Assembly (NCBI GenBank): GCA_030141605.1
Contig: JAQGDQ010000014.1
Location: 496,001-560,000 of the forward strand
Source: Tubiluchus corallicola
Lineage: Eukaryota; Animalia; Priapulida
Length of the DNA: 64,000 nucleotides
Direction of reading: 5' to 3'
The number at the start of each line of letters is the position of its first letter. Within the stretch, counting starts at the first letter, position 1. A program made the translations under genes and the position numbers. The notes beneath the pieces are model-generated. The model saw only the letters and a program-made list of their open reading frames with translations. It ran no database searches and had not been told where the DNA came from. Positions 1 through 13,205 of the stretch are shown piece by piece.

Positions 1-147
1 TCGAGGCACTCTTTCATGGTGGCCATGTCTGTCATGTCAGCGCTGCTGTTCGTGTCTGCTCTCACGACCATCTGCGCATGCGTGCGTAGAAAAGCCGAAC
101 AAATACACAATGACCAGCCAACAATAGTCTCTCATGAATTGCGATAA
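1..147 (+). CDS. 3' end (terminal exon, partial) of a single-pass membrane protein
   Basis: Frame 1 is open from base 1 to TAA 145-147: SRHSFMVAMSVMSALLFVSALTTICACVRRKAEQIHNDQPTIVSHELR*. A ~22-aa hydrophobic helix is followed by C-A-C and a basic RRK stop-transfer motif. GC is higher than in the flanks; AATAAA at 163-168. Confidence 0.65.
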   Translation, partial: SRHSFMVAMSVMSALLFVSALTTICACVRRKAEQIHNDQPTIVSHELR

Positions 148-529
148 AAGTGGTTTTTAAGCAATAAAATGTAAATGGCCTTTATAAAACTGCAGCAGGC
201 TCGATTGCAGTTTCATTTGCAATTTAGATTCTCTCTTACTGAAAAACAGTCCGAGGAATTACAGTGGAAATGCAAAGTAATAGTTGCCTGTACTTACGTG
301 TGTTTATGTACTGTAAATTTTTACTTAGTTCGATAGTGATGATAGCGAATATTTCATTCTAATAATGAGACATGTTTGTTGAGTATTTTGATCGAACTCG
401 TATCAAACAATAAATATCTGCACATGGGGGTAACGATAACTTTATTTTTTACTGATTATTAAAACTTATTAAAAGTGCTAGAGTCCTACAGTAGAAACTG
501 AAGCCAAATTTTACTTAGAGCGGTCAATC

Positions 530-968
530 CAGGGCCGGATTAATTAACGCATAAGCAGACTAAGCACGTGCTCAGGTCATCAAGGCTCAGGGGCACTAAG
601 TTGGCAAAAAATAAATTGAAAACGCATAAAATGTTAATAAAGCATGTTAAAGACCCCGAAGACCCTTACACAGTTCAAAATGTGAGGTAGAGAGCTACAG
701 GACAGTGATTAATTTTTTGCACCATAACTTTTTGTTGCTGGTTTATTTAATTAAATTTAAAGTCAATAAAGACTTAAAATGGCATAAATCCTATAGGCCT
801 ACAGAGCAATGGAGTTTGTTTTATATATCATGTTGCATAATTTGTATCTCATAACACGCAGTGCTTTGAACCGCAAAACGTACACGCGGTGTTATGGGGC
901 AAAAGAGAGAGGCGGGCACCAGATGCTGTGTGTGCTTAGGGCACCATACATACCTTAATCCGGCCATG
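530..968. mobile_element. hAT-type MITE
   Basis: TIRs CAGGGCCGGATTAA (530) and TTAATCCGGCCATG (968); degenerate 8-bp TSD GGTCAATC/GGCTAATC; no ORF. Confidence 0.75.
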
Positions 969-1176
969 GGCTAATCTTACCATAGGCAAATCTAATCTTA
1001 AAATATCTGGCCTGCATCATTAGTTTCTAGAACTGACAAAATCTATTATTTAAAACAGCATATATTTTTGAATAATTACATCCATGCATTCAAAACTGTG
1101 ACATCAGCTATAAAAAACGAAGATTAGCGGACAACATCGGCTGTTGTTTAAGCAATATTTTAGATAGTATCTAAAT

Positions 1177-2300
1177 TACAGGCTGGACACAAAAGAAGCC
1201 CTTTTTAAGATGCAATAGGGCCTTGAATTTTTATCCAATTTGTATGTAAATTTAACAGAATATACTATAAACATTTTAGCTTTTATCTACATTTTTTGTT
1301 AAAAATAGTCCATAAACTAAACATTTTATGCTTGATTACTGTCACTAAGCCCACAAAAATAAATGAAACTAAGCATTAGTACGACTGTATTGTGTTTATT
1401 GACTCACTAATTTTGTTTTATTCATTTTATTCATTTGCTCACTTTCTCAGATTTCTAAATCTTAAAAAATGAACCTGTGCCATGACACCAACTCTTTTTA
1501 GCAATATGACGGCCAAAGTGGCGTCCAAAGTAGCGCTTTTTAGACGTTCTGCTTTGTATAGTCGTGCAAAATGTTTTTTTTAAAGATTCTAAAGGTTTTG
1601 AGTTCGAATATCAACATCCAATAAGGCGACGAATGGTGTCGAAAATAACACCAGCAGCGTAGGTGACCCTCAGTTAGCATGAAATATATAAGAAGAAACG
1701 TGGTGTCAACATGGGATATTAAAAACATTTTCATTAGATAAAACGATTCACCGACACCCTTTATAACAGCTTGCCAAAGAACTTGCGTACGCTTTTTACC
1801 ACTTTTTGCACGAAATCTCATTTATGAAACAGGCTCCCGAAAAACATGTTGTTATATAAGACAGTTTGCAAAAAGCAGCAGCTATCTAATGCGAACGCAC
1901 ATAAGTTGGACAATAATGCACAAAGTGATATTCTGTGATCTCATTGCTGTTTTCCGGAAAAGGTTTTTCAGAAGTGTATAGGACAATTTACATTTTTACC
2001 AATTCTACAGGGAAATGGACGTTTTGAAAGGATGGTTTTTACGCAGAGAAATATAGGAGACAATTCCACAACTGAAACGACGGATTGTGTAACAGTGCAA
2101 AGTGTTTTGGTTAATGCAATAAACTCAGCTCTTTCATGATTTGCAAATTTTACAGAAATGGCAAAAGTCATGGCAAAGTTTTGTTTTACAGGTTGTAATG
2201 TGGGGCGGACCCCACAATCAAATATGAGCAATCAGCGCTCTTATTGTTTGGTAGCGTGTGTCATACTACTCAGTTTTTACTCAACATATTCCTTGAACAC
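1177..2300 (-). mobile_element. possible highly degenerate Tc1/mariner-like DNA transposon relic
   Basis: TA-CAGGCTGGACAC terminus-like sequence at ~1177; broken minus-strand ORFs (1540-1821, 1968-2231) with only weak transposase-like character; no convincing second TIR. Confidence 0.2.
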
Positions 2301-3910
2301 AAAACGTGAAACTAATTTTATGCAGTATTTATGATAAGATAATACTTTAATATTCATAAATGTTGATGATATAAAATTAGTTCAAACCAAGTGACAGCAG
2401 TTAATTTGTACCCGGGTACCCGTTCAGTAAACATGTGTTGCTACACTACTCAAAATTTACAGACGGGAAATACTTTCAAATGCTACAAACAATATCCAAA
2501 AATTACAAACAATACCAAAAATTTATTTTTGGCTAACAAAAAAGATAATCTAATAGTTCACCAATGTTTGTTGATTTAAGTCCATAAAGTAAAGCTCCAT
2601 CCACACGAGGTTGTAATGTAGGCTATCAGTACTTTCAACTGAGTCTTAGTTTTACCACTAGTCTCCAGCCAGTCAAAACAAGTATCGTTGAACAAAAAGA
2701 AGCAACAGGCGGTCGCCTAATAGTTAACTAAAAGAAACGAGAATTTATCACTTCAGTCTCTGCATCAATGAAAGTATACGTCAGCAATACTTATCGGCGG
2801 CAGCACGACGACGAAGGTGGCGGATCCACAACGTCGGTGTGCACACCCGTGTGTTATGAACATAGCTGAACTGCGATGTCATAAGCAGATTTGAGTCATT
2901 CGCGGGAGCGTCTTGCGTTGGTAGACTGGTAGTTTGGTTATCACGTCAGATGTCACAATGTAACTCGATGTAAACAAATGGTGAACTGGGATTGATACTA
3001 GAACTGCCCAAACAAATAGTCACTAACACGTAGTTGGAACTCTCGCAAAAACATTAGCATTAGGTAGAACCAGCTAAAGTTGAACGATTTATGTGCAAAG
3101 AAGCAAACATAAGTTAAAAAAACTGTCCAGCATTATATCTGCCTGCAGGTCTCTCTTGCCATGAGCCAAGTCATTCTCCCCACACCTGTATGAAAAACCT
3201 CCAAAACAGGTTGTCTAATAGCCTGGCTTCAATAACACTATAGCAGGATAACCTGTATTTGCATATCCGTTCGTCGAGTTTACCCTAGTTTCGACCTATG
3301 CGCATAACTAAAGTGTAACACCTGGTTCATGCATACAGCTATAAACAATTTTATACAGTCCAAACTAAATTACTTATACTCCTGTAAAGTTTACTTTGGC
3401 CAAAAAACATATCTCATTCCACAACAAGGTTAAGCGGGGAGTGTAATAACTAAATCTAGTTACAAATACAAAGATATATGCTAAGGTGGTCATTACACAG
3501 GTGTCGCTCAAGCCATAATGCCATAAAAGCGTTTGCCCGGAAACATCTGCAAAATCTCAGTTACACAGTGGCTAGGAGTTATGTAGTTTGCACCAAGCGA
3601 AAATGCCTGCATTTCAATGTGACATTTTAACTGCAAAATGTGACTTAGCTAGATTTAATTAACCTTAGATTTATTTTAAACCACAGCTAGTATTACTGTA
3701 AATTTGTTGTAAATACGAGACTTTAACTCGAAACCAATGTATTACGCCTACTTGTTCTAACCAACTAAGGCTAACTATGTACCCATACTGGAAAAGTACG
3801 GCCAAATTCTCACTCCACAACAGACCTCTGGCGTAGCTTCATTTAATGGAAAGACGTCTCAACCAGGGCTACTGGCTAAAAATTGCAGAGCTAATGAAGT
3901 GGTTGCCTTA

Positions 3911-4102
<192 letters not shown>

Positions 4103-5039
4103 AAACCCAGAGGACACTGGTTTTTTGTAGTATGTAGTTTACATACCAAGTAAGTTACACATTGATAAAAGTTGGTTGCCTGCTTTGCGCCAAGGTATAT
4201 GCTAATAGCCTAGACTAACACAGTCTCAGACTCGTAATCACTACAGGCTTTAACCCTGGGTCTGTACCAATCACAAGAATGGAAAAACCACATCTGTTGT
4301 TCGGCGCCTTTAAAATGACCGAGTCAGTTAATGCCATTATTATGTTTATAAATTCTGAAAACTACATGGAATAATATCATTACTAACCAAGCTGACGTTT
4401 ATCATTATAAAAACAATCATGATGATAAGTGTCGTAAACTGGGAGCAATATAACTTTATGACTTGTGACTTTTAAATTGTATTACAGTAAATTGCTATAA
4501 ATGTTTTTGCACATTTTCCATGCACGCATATCTAAAAACAGAAAACGGAAGTGACATGTGCATGCCGTTGAAAAACATCTCAGCCATGGCCCAACATGCA
4601 TGCAATTGTGAAATTCTTTGGAGGCCTTAATGAACCGTTTTTCACAAAATCCTACAGACCGCAGTGTTACATTTATAAAAAAATTATTATTGAAAGATGA
4701 TATTTCATGAACAGACCAATTCTCATCGCACGAAACTGACATCTCCCCTTTCTGAGCTTCTCAACTGCAGCAACAATTGTCGTGCTTTTGTGCTTTACAA
4801 AACTTTTAATAGCTGTAACAGTTCGATAGCCTTGTATCTGAATGGGTGGTTATGTTTTGTGAGAAAACCATCTGTTTTCTCTAATGTTCTTATTTTCACT
4901 GCATTCATTCACAGTGGAAAATTTACTACACAATGCTTCAATCACCCACCCCTCCCACAGGATCAAAAACTGTGGGGGCAAACTTCTGCATCATAATTTT
5001 GTCAGTAGCTATACATTATTTTACGTTGCTTATCGTTCT

Positions 5040-5171
5040 GGTGCAGTTAGCGCGTCTACGAGGCGCAACTTCAGCGTCTGCGCAGCTTCACTGTGAAGCC
5101 CAGTTCATACGGTATGATAGTTCTATTTGAAGCTCACAATTAGCAGTTCATTCATGCCTTACACGAAACAG
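5040..5171 (+). other. putative non-coding 5'UTR exon of GbXL (start approximate)
   Basis: CpG-richer patch ending in donor CAG|GTAATT (GT 5172-5173); matching acceptor TTTTTATAG (AG 5592-5593) 41 nt upstream of the coding ATG. Confidence 0.4.
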
Positions 5172-5634
5172 GTAATTAAACTATGTCTTGCGCTAAGTCT
5201 TTTTTGAACTTTTTCTGTGCAGTTTTCTTGGAAATGTGTTAAGTGAAGTGGGAAAGAATAAATTTGCAGCGTAACTCGCACGTAGAGGACTCAATAAAAT
5301 TGGATTACAAACTAGAAAAGTGAAAGTGGACGGATGCACCATTTCTTATATGTTTTTTATTCATAAACAAATGTAACTGAGTTTAAAACAGTGTTCTGCG
5401 TTTGCTCGTTGAAAATTTTTTGGTTTCTTATTTGCTTGTTTGTCAGTGAGTGATCTGTCGCTTGCGTGTTTACATTAATTGAAAAACTGATTCCGTTATA
5501 CCGAGTAAAATGCATTTGTTACCGCGAACAAAATAAAACATTTGTCGCCATAAGTAATCATGTACAAAGCTACATCAAATGCGCTTTTTATAGTGTCGTA
5601 AGAATGGCGTTTGTGTATGCTAACGAATGACAAC

Positions 5635-5852
5635 ATGGGCTGTGCCACGTCCTCCTCTGAAAAGGAACTCCTATCGGATCACGGGAATCTAAAAACCGGA
5701 GTAGCAAACGGAGCAACGTTGCCAGAACCCCCAGCTCCAGTTCCCGTTGATCCAAGACTGCCACTGACGGCAAAGCAAAGGTATTCCATACAGGCCTCGT
5801 GGAAGGCTATAGCAAGAAACATGGAAGGTACTGGTGTGACAATGTTTATTGG
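5635..5852 (+). CDS. GbXL: globin X-like (N-acylated globin), coding exon 1
   Basis: CAACATGG Kozak context; MGCATSS acylation motif, Pro-rich linker, then DPRLPLTAKQRYSIQASWKAIARNMEGTGVTMFI (helices A-B, typical of GbXL). Phase-2 donor GG|GTAAGT at position B12.2. Confidence 0.93.
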
Positions 5853-5914
5853 GTAAGTTTCTTTTATCTTATTAACATTTAAATTTAGTTTAGCTTAGTT
5901 TAATTTGTTGGCAT

Positions 5915-6271
5915 CAGGGCCGGAGTAAAGCCTCAAGAAGCCCTAAGCACTAAAAATGTTATCGTACCCCAATATATGTGCAATTCAGAATAAACAATAC
6001 TAAACTGTTTTTCAAAATGAAAAAAATGTGCGGCAAGATTTATTTAAAGTAAATGCTAGGTCATTGCTTAAAAAGAGATATTAGATTAAAACGACTCTAA
6101 ATCTTATAAAGGATCAGCCATTCAGCATATCTACCGTGACACACATTCCGGTAAATTTTACTATTATCAAATATATTTGGGTAATTATTCGATTTGAAAA
6201 AACTGTGTAGAGCCTCTTCCCCCGAGGCGATAAGCACGTGTTTATTTTGCTTAATGATTAATCCAGGCATG
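5915..6271. mobile_element. hAT-type MITE related to the 530-968 element
   Basis: CAGGGCCGGAGTAA left end and TTAATCCAGGCATG right end; subterminal TAAGCACGTG shared in inverted orientation with 530-570; TSD not recognisable. Confidence 0.55.
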
Positions 6272-9200
6272 GGGCTAGTTAGTATGCAGGCAACAAGAGA
6301 ACTAGTGAAGAAGAAACAGAGAAACAAGGAACAGTAAAGGTTGTATGGCAGATACTAAGGATGTTTTGGAGGATGTCGAAAACGCTTAATTTTATTACGA
6401 TGAATGATTGATTTTTATTCTTCGAAAATATCTCATCTGATTTTAATGATTTAATTGAATGTTTTTAACTTTATGTAAAAAAGTTTGAATATTGTAAAAA
6501 TAGGCGGGAGAGCAAAGCTTGGGTGACTGAATGCCCTGAATTTAATTACTTTCGCAATTTCGACGCAAACAAATACTTAATTGAGTTTAATTTGTAGCCA
6601 TTTTCTAAATGTATGTACTTTTACTTTATATCGAAAACAAGAACAAGTAATTAAAATGTGCGCATAGTTATAGATAAATATTACATTTTTACAATTATGA
6701 TATTTACAATGACGATGAAACAAGAGTAATTAGTACATGTTTCGTAATAAAGGTTTACTGGTCTTTTATAAGAGACCTACGTTTTAGATCTACGTTTTAG
6801 TAAAGAGAAGAGAAATTACAATATGAATAAGTTACGACATGATTACATTAAATGTATACGTTAAGTATAATACAGAAAGGCTTTAGACATACCTATAATA
6901 TTGTGCCCATTGTCATCCTTGCTAGCTAGGTCTTTGGCACAGAAAAATTACATAGATCTATGAAAGAGCCTAATTCAGCTAATTACATGGCCAATTGGGC
7001 ACGATGCCACCTATACTGTAGACTTGAATGACAATTACATGGGTAATTGGTTACGATGCAAATTTAACAGGGTAAAATACACTTCAACTGGAGGTATCCC
7101 ATACGTTCTCGACAAGAGAGATGACAAAGTAAAAGGTGTGCACAGAGTTACTCTAAGCCATCGAGCGATCCGGCAGGGATTCAAGTGATACGAATCAAGC
7201 ATTGTTCGCCTTTAAATTTTTGAAATCTAGGCAATGTGCAAAGCGTTTTGTACAGTTCAAGTATTCAGATAATGGATTCTAAATATTCAGACCAATAAAG
7301 GAAAGAAAATAATTTGCATCATCGTTTTTCAACGTCTTGCAAAACACTGATTTGGTTGAAAGTTTAACGCCAGGAATAGTTGTCAGCTTTGGAAGAGCAC
7401 AAAAATTATAAAATACACGAATCAATGGTGTGATCAGATTTGTCTGGCTCTCGGCACAGACTAGATTTGTGAGTAGAGATCGAGTATTAGGAATATTAAC
7501 AGTATTTTGTTAAAAATAGCTAGAGTGGTGGGTATAGATAAAGCTGCCATTTTTATTTATTTATGTAGCTTTTATGTTATGCTACTCTACTTTAGCTAAT
7601 TGCACCATCCTTTGCACTTAAGTTGCTCCAACATTAACAAACATTCGTGTATGAGAACTAAACTACAGCGCAGATAATTCAGATGCAATAGGACGTGGCG
7701 ACAAGATGTGACATGGATATTGGATAGTGTAAAACTATCTGCTATGTTTATAATAGTGTATAATTATATTGTCGTATTCAGTGGTTCAGATGGCAGGAAG
7801 ACAAGAAGCGTTTACAGCAGCAACAGTGTTACGAGGAAACGGCTGTACTGCTCATACATATTCGGGTGTTTCCAAGGCTGTTTCAGTTAGCATGATATTC
7901 GAATTTAAGTAACCTTTGGGAACTGATTGATATAGTGTGTAGGACCCCAGACACTTCAGCATCATGATATAGTCAAATTCTCTAAGATGAGATACTAAAC
8001 TGTGTTTATTCACGTCAATTGGTTGACGAGTTAGACCTGTAGAAGCAAAAGCTTTAAAAGGAGGAAAAATCACGAACCTTTTAAAATAACCACTGAAGAT
8101 AAACACTATAGTTTATCTTCGGATGAAAGAATGAAAAAGAAAAAAGGAAAAGAAAGCTACATGACATTACCACCAAACTTTTTGGGAGCTTTTTAAATTA
8201 TTGGCATGAAAATATACCACACTAAAAAGACACAGTACCACTTTGTTGGAAAGCTGTTACAGAATAATAAAACGTTTTCTAGGACTTGTGACCAGTAAAC
8301 AGTCTACTACCTATTGTCAACTTCGTACGAATCATATAATCTTGTTATTTTAAGATGTGGAACAACAGTCTCTTTGTAAATAGCAACAGTCAAACGTGAT
8401 AGCTGCGAATGCTTTTTTCCTGAATGTATAATGTATAGTAGTATTTTTAGTGTAAGTTTTATTGTAGTATTTCATTGTAGTGTGACGCAATATTTTTGTT
8501 TTTTTTGTATCACTTTTGTGCTGAAGTATACTAATCAAATCTAATCTAAGGTAAATCTACAGAAACAAAGAAAAAACAGCAAAAGCAAAATTATTAGTTG
8601 CTACACAAATTTATTTTGCCGCACCACAAGTTTTTTCACCTAACGAGTTTACAAAACGGAATCTCTTCTCCCCTGAAAAGAATGAAAGTCCTAATGATCT
8701 GCTAAAGCAGCTAAACTTATGCCCGCGCGTCAAACCCATCAGACGAATAGCTCGACTCCATTCATTGATTATCAACTAATCGAATTGAACTGAACATTTC
8801 ATCTTTCCTCCCTTGAGTGTTTTACAAACAGCGCCCATTTTGTTATCGAATTTTCTCATTTTCCCATTTACTGCTAGACCATTTTAACGCTTATTTCTCT
8901 GAACTGCCATTATATAAGAGCGCGCTGCATAATTAATAATACACAGAATTGGCCTTTATTAAAGCTATTTTCCTGTAGTATGAAATGCGCAGGGCAAAGT
9001 ACATTGCAGTAATGACAAATTGATTTTGAACACTATTTATGAGTGTGTGTACATGTAATGTAAAACTAGCCTTTGTTGCCACCACAGTAACTGTCATTCT
9101 GTATAATAAAGAGATATTTTGAGATATAACATGTACATGAAAGCCCGACAGCCAATACTATCACGCCGGGTATAGCAGGCTAAATTAACCCATGTCCTGA

Positions 9201-12200
9201 TTAAATCTGGATATGGTCCAGGCCAGAGTATATCCCGGTCGATAAACTGCCTAAGGACTGTACCCGGGGTGTAAAATTGCTTAGGCCAGACTATAGCCTT
9301 CTGCAGTCAACAACAGAACATGCACTTTATCTTGAAAACAAGTATGATCATTTTGATGTGTTATCAGTGTTTAACTTTGTACACTTATATTGTAGCGAGG
9401 ACTTGCTAGTCTTAGATGTCTTAGAAGTTGAAGTTTCAGGACGTTATGACTTTTATCACATTATGAACAGTTAAATTAATTTAACATTATGTTACAATTG
9501 CATTGTGTTGTTTTGGGTATGTGCTTTTATTTTAATGCGTAAACCATACTAAGAAATGTCATAGTAATCTTTGATCTTTGTGAAGTCTAATATTTTTTGC
9601 TGATTGTGGTATTCATGGTTGAAGTAATAGAAGTCTATGAGTTCGAAGTTGTGGTCTTATTTCAAGATTAATGTCAGTCAGGTTTCTCACTTAACTTACT
9701 TGGCAAAGCTGAAACCGCAATAAAATGTTGTAAAATTAAGTAATTCTTGTGTACATCACTCTACACTGCTGATATTATGGGTGGGGGTATAACCTGGCCC
9801 GGGGGTATAATCTAACCTAGGCCGATTTAAACCCCAGTATAGTCTGGACTTGAGGTATACTATGGCTTGTGACACCAGCGTAACGGCTTAATTTTCCTTT
9901 GGCAGACAAACCAAAAAGATTTCCTTGGGTTACGGCATCTATCCAATTGATTTTTCAGAGTGATTTTGTGCCTACAATGCCTCTACGTCAGCGTTCACAC
10001 GATTTATTGATTTATTTACTGGTCATTTATTGTACATTTGGAGTTCAGTGTAATCTTTCGGGTGAATTTAACATCTTTCAGTATTGGATGGGCAAGCCTT
10101 ATCGTTATCCATTGGCACTGACAAAATCTGAAGCCCTTGCAATGAATTGCAGCTAGAGATGAAGCCAGATTTTTTTGTACGTACTAATTATTTATCTCGA
10201 CAGAATTGGGGCGCGCGTTTCTATAATAACATCATCAGTATCAAGCTTATGATTAAATCATGCTGTTACGTTTTGGGTGCTTCTAGAATTATGAAAGAAT
10301 GTAGAAGTAGGCTATATATCACACATAAAAAGACTGTAATAGGGAGCTATGATGCAGTAATTTTTTTATTATGGCAATCTACAGTGGCTTGGCTAGCAAG
10401 TTATTTGTGCGCGACAATAAACCATAACTGAATCGAATGATTTTTTCGAAAATGAAGGATTCTTTACGCCAAACTGTTGTGAAAAAGTGGCTAATAATTT
10501 GACTCACCAGTATCTTTTCCATATATTGAAGAACTACGGGTTAATATTACCTAAGAAGCGCAATTTGTCAGCTCACACTGCCACATGTAGTAAGGCTATT
10601 ATTCTTTATGCGCTGCTTGTAAATTCTGCAATTCTTAAATAATAATATAGAAGCTTTAGTAAAATATGTGATAAATTAGCTAATTTCGCAGTTGCCATTG
10701 AAACAAGTCCAATGTACATGATCCTACGAAAAAAAAGCTTTTAAGGTTGCGAGCGAACAGTCACCAATCATTCTAGTTACACTTTTAAATGACACACAAA
10801 AAGAAGAGTTAATGCAAGACCAATTTCTTGTCGCTCATTTAAGTAAGATTTATCGGTTCCTCTTCCGACATTCGATTTTCGTAACGACTTTTGTCAAACT
10901 AAATTTGGCATTCATGCCAAAATTGCTTATCAGATATTGGAAGATGGTGGACGCACATCAATGAAGGAATTTAGCTACATTAGATTATGTACTTTGTAGG
11001 TTATAGGCTTAACTAGTGTCTTCACTAAAATGTCATACCAAAAGATAAAACTGTTACCGTATGAAACTGTCAAACCGTCATAAAGCATTTTTTTTCAAGC
11101 TCATTACAAATCCTACTGTCAAGTTACGATGTTTTTATTTGGAAAGATATATTATGTAGTTGGCACACTTCAGTGTGAGTATAAAAAAATAATTAAGTCA
11201 ATGATTCATTTTTGCATCTGATTCAGTGGTACAAGGGATACCAATCAATATTTGACAGGATCTGCAAGAAAGAAGAGCCTACTTTAAGACCGTCTTCTTA
11301 TTCAAGAAGATGCTTGAATAGTCTCCTAAGTTCGGACGGTGAATAGATTATCCTCTTCAATGTTAAAGGCACAACTGGCCTCGTTTCTCCGTCTTCAAGG
11401 CACAGCTTAGACCTTTTGATTTTTCTTCTTGCTCTTGACGTCAACTTTGACCTTATGTGCAATAACCGATCTCAATGTGTTGTTTTTCAAAAGTAAGATG
11501 TCTTAAGGCCCTTATTTGTATAATCCGTTTTTGTATAAAAACACTATAATTTATTATGTGTTTATCCACAATGATAATCTGTTCACAGTCCTGATTTAGG
11601 GTTTGAAGACGAGGCTCTTTATGTAGGCCGTTGACTGTTAACCGAACAGTAGCCACACCAAAAGAAGGAGTACAGCGCTAACTACACAAAAAGAATCGAA
11701 AATATTTCCAAGAAGTCCACTGATAGCGAACGAAAAGAAACAAGCTGGGATGGAGTGAATACCTATATTGATGTAGTGAGTGGAGGGAATCCGAACATCA
11801 AGAACAACCTCCTTCAGGAAAAAGAAGTAATCGTCGAAAACACTGATTTAGAGACATCCCGAGCAATGTATTGTAAAACAGGCTCTTATAATAATAGATC
11901 TTATTGAATGCTTTTGGGGATGTCCATTGATACAATTCGACTTCTCATAAACGGTTCGCATTGATTGATATGTTTAATTACCACGGCGGACAATCAGTCA
12001 TCTGGTAACCAAGAAGAAAGGAACCCATAATGAACATATATGGGTTCTTCATGAAAAACATGATGAAAGACTACAACAAGGTTAATATGAAACAAATGGC
12101 TAATTTAATATGCTTTCAATTATCTCGATGGTAACCGAAAGAATACTGAAGGTATGACTTTCATAGACTAGAACGACCAATGCAAATTTTGAAACACATG

Positions 12201-13062
12201 TTGATTAAACTTTTTTACAGAATACGGAGGAGCTCCGCAGAGCAACGATTTAAGACTATGACAAGGATATGGTCAGCGCCCAAAAAATTTCGCTCATTAA
12301 GCCATAATTAATTTCATCTGTCATCTTTCATGTAATTGGCAAAGACAAAGCATCTGAGAACGACAAAACAATCATGACTGACAGCATCCAAGTGGAATTG
12401 GGTGGTACAGAACCGAAAACCAAGTAGGTCATTACTAGGTCAGTTTGAAAGATGAAAAAGGTTTAAAAGATGAAACGACCTTATTTTCTCCTTTCCTGAT
12501 CGGTTGGTTTTTTCTGAAACTCTGTATTGCAGACAGTTCTCTTGGGTGGTCAAGCAAGCAGGTGATCAATAAAAATGGTGTGTTTGACCTTTTGGAGAGG
12601 TCAGTACCCAGGGTTCATGAAAAGCTTTAGTTACCTGATTTGTTGTGGAAGTTGTAGTTTAAAAAATTTCATAGTTTTGATAAAATAAGAAATGGTTTCT
12701 ATATCTCAGTAGCCAGATGAAGCAAGTTTTCAGACTTCAAATGTGAGGCGGTTTACAGGAAAGGCCACATCATTCTCCTCACTGCATTGATTACAGTGTT
12801 GCAGCTGTTGTAATAAAATTCAGTGACACAACACGTTGATACTCATTAAATTCAATATCATTAAAACGATCATGCGTCTTTATCATATTCAGCTGACACG
12901 TGGATAAATGTGCCCTTGATTAGAAGTTTGAATTACAGTGATCTCAAGCCATTGTTCGTAATTATAGTAAGAATGTCAACTAAGTTAAAAATCAACCCGA
13001 CTAGTAGTTAATTAAAATTATTCGTTATTGTTGGTCTATTAAGTTGACGACTTGTGAGAGAT

Positions 13063-13205
13063 TAAATTTCATTTCGTTTCGATTCGTTTAGCTTAGCTTG
13101 GTTTAGTTTAGTTTTGGTCTTAGTCTTAGTCTTACTTTTAATCTTAGACTAGTTTTAGTTTTAGTTTTAGTCCGAGTCCGAGTTTGAGTTTGAGATGAGA
13201 TGAGT
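13063..13205. repeat. drifting 5-6-mer microsatellite tract
   Basis: The unit shifts ATTTC > TTAGC > GTTTA > TCTTAG > GTTTTA > GTCCGA > GATGA. Confidence 0.8.

Noticed and set aside
11690-12450. Purine-rich, coding-like stretch in GbXL intron 1
   Set aside because: Only short broken frames with no motif I can recognise; possibly a TE relic but unsupported.
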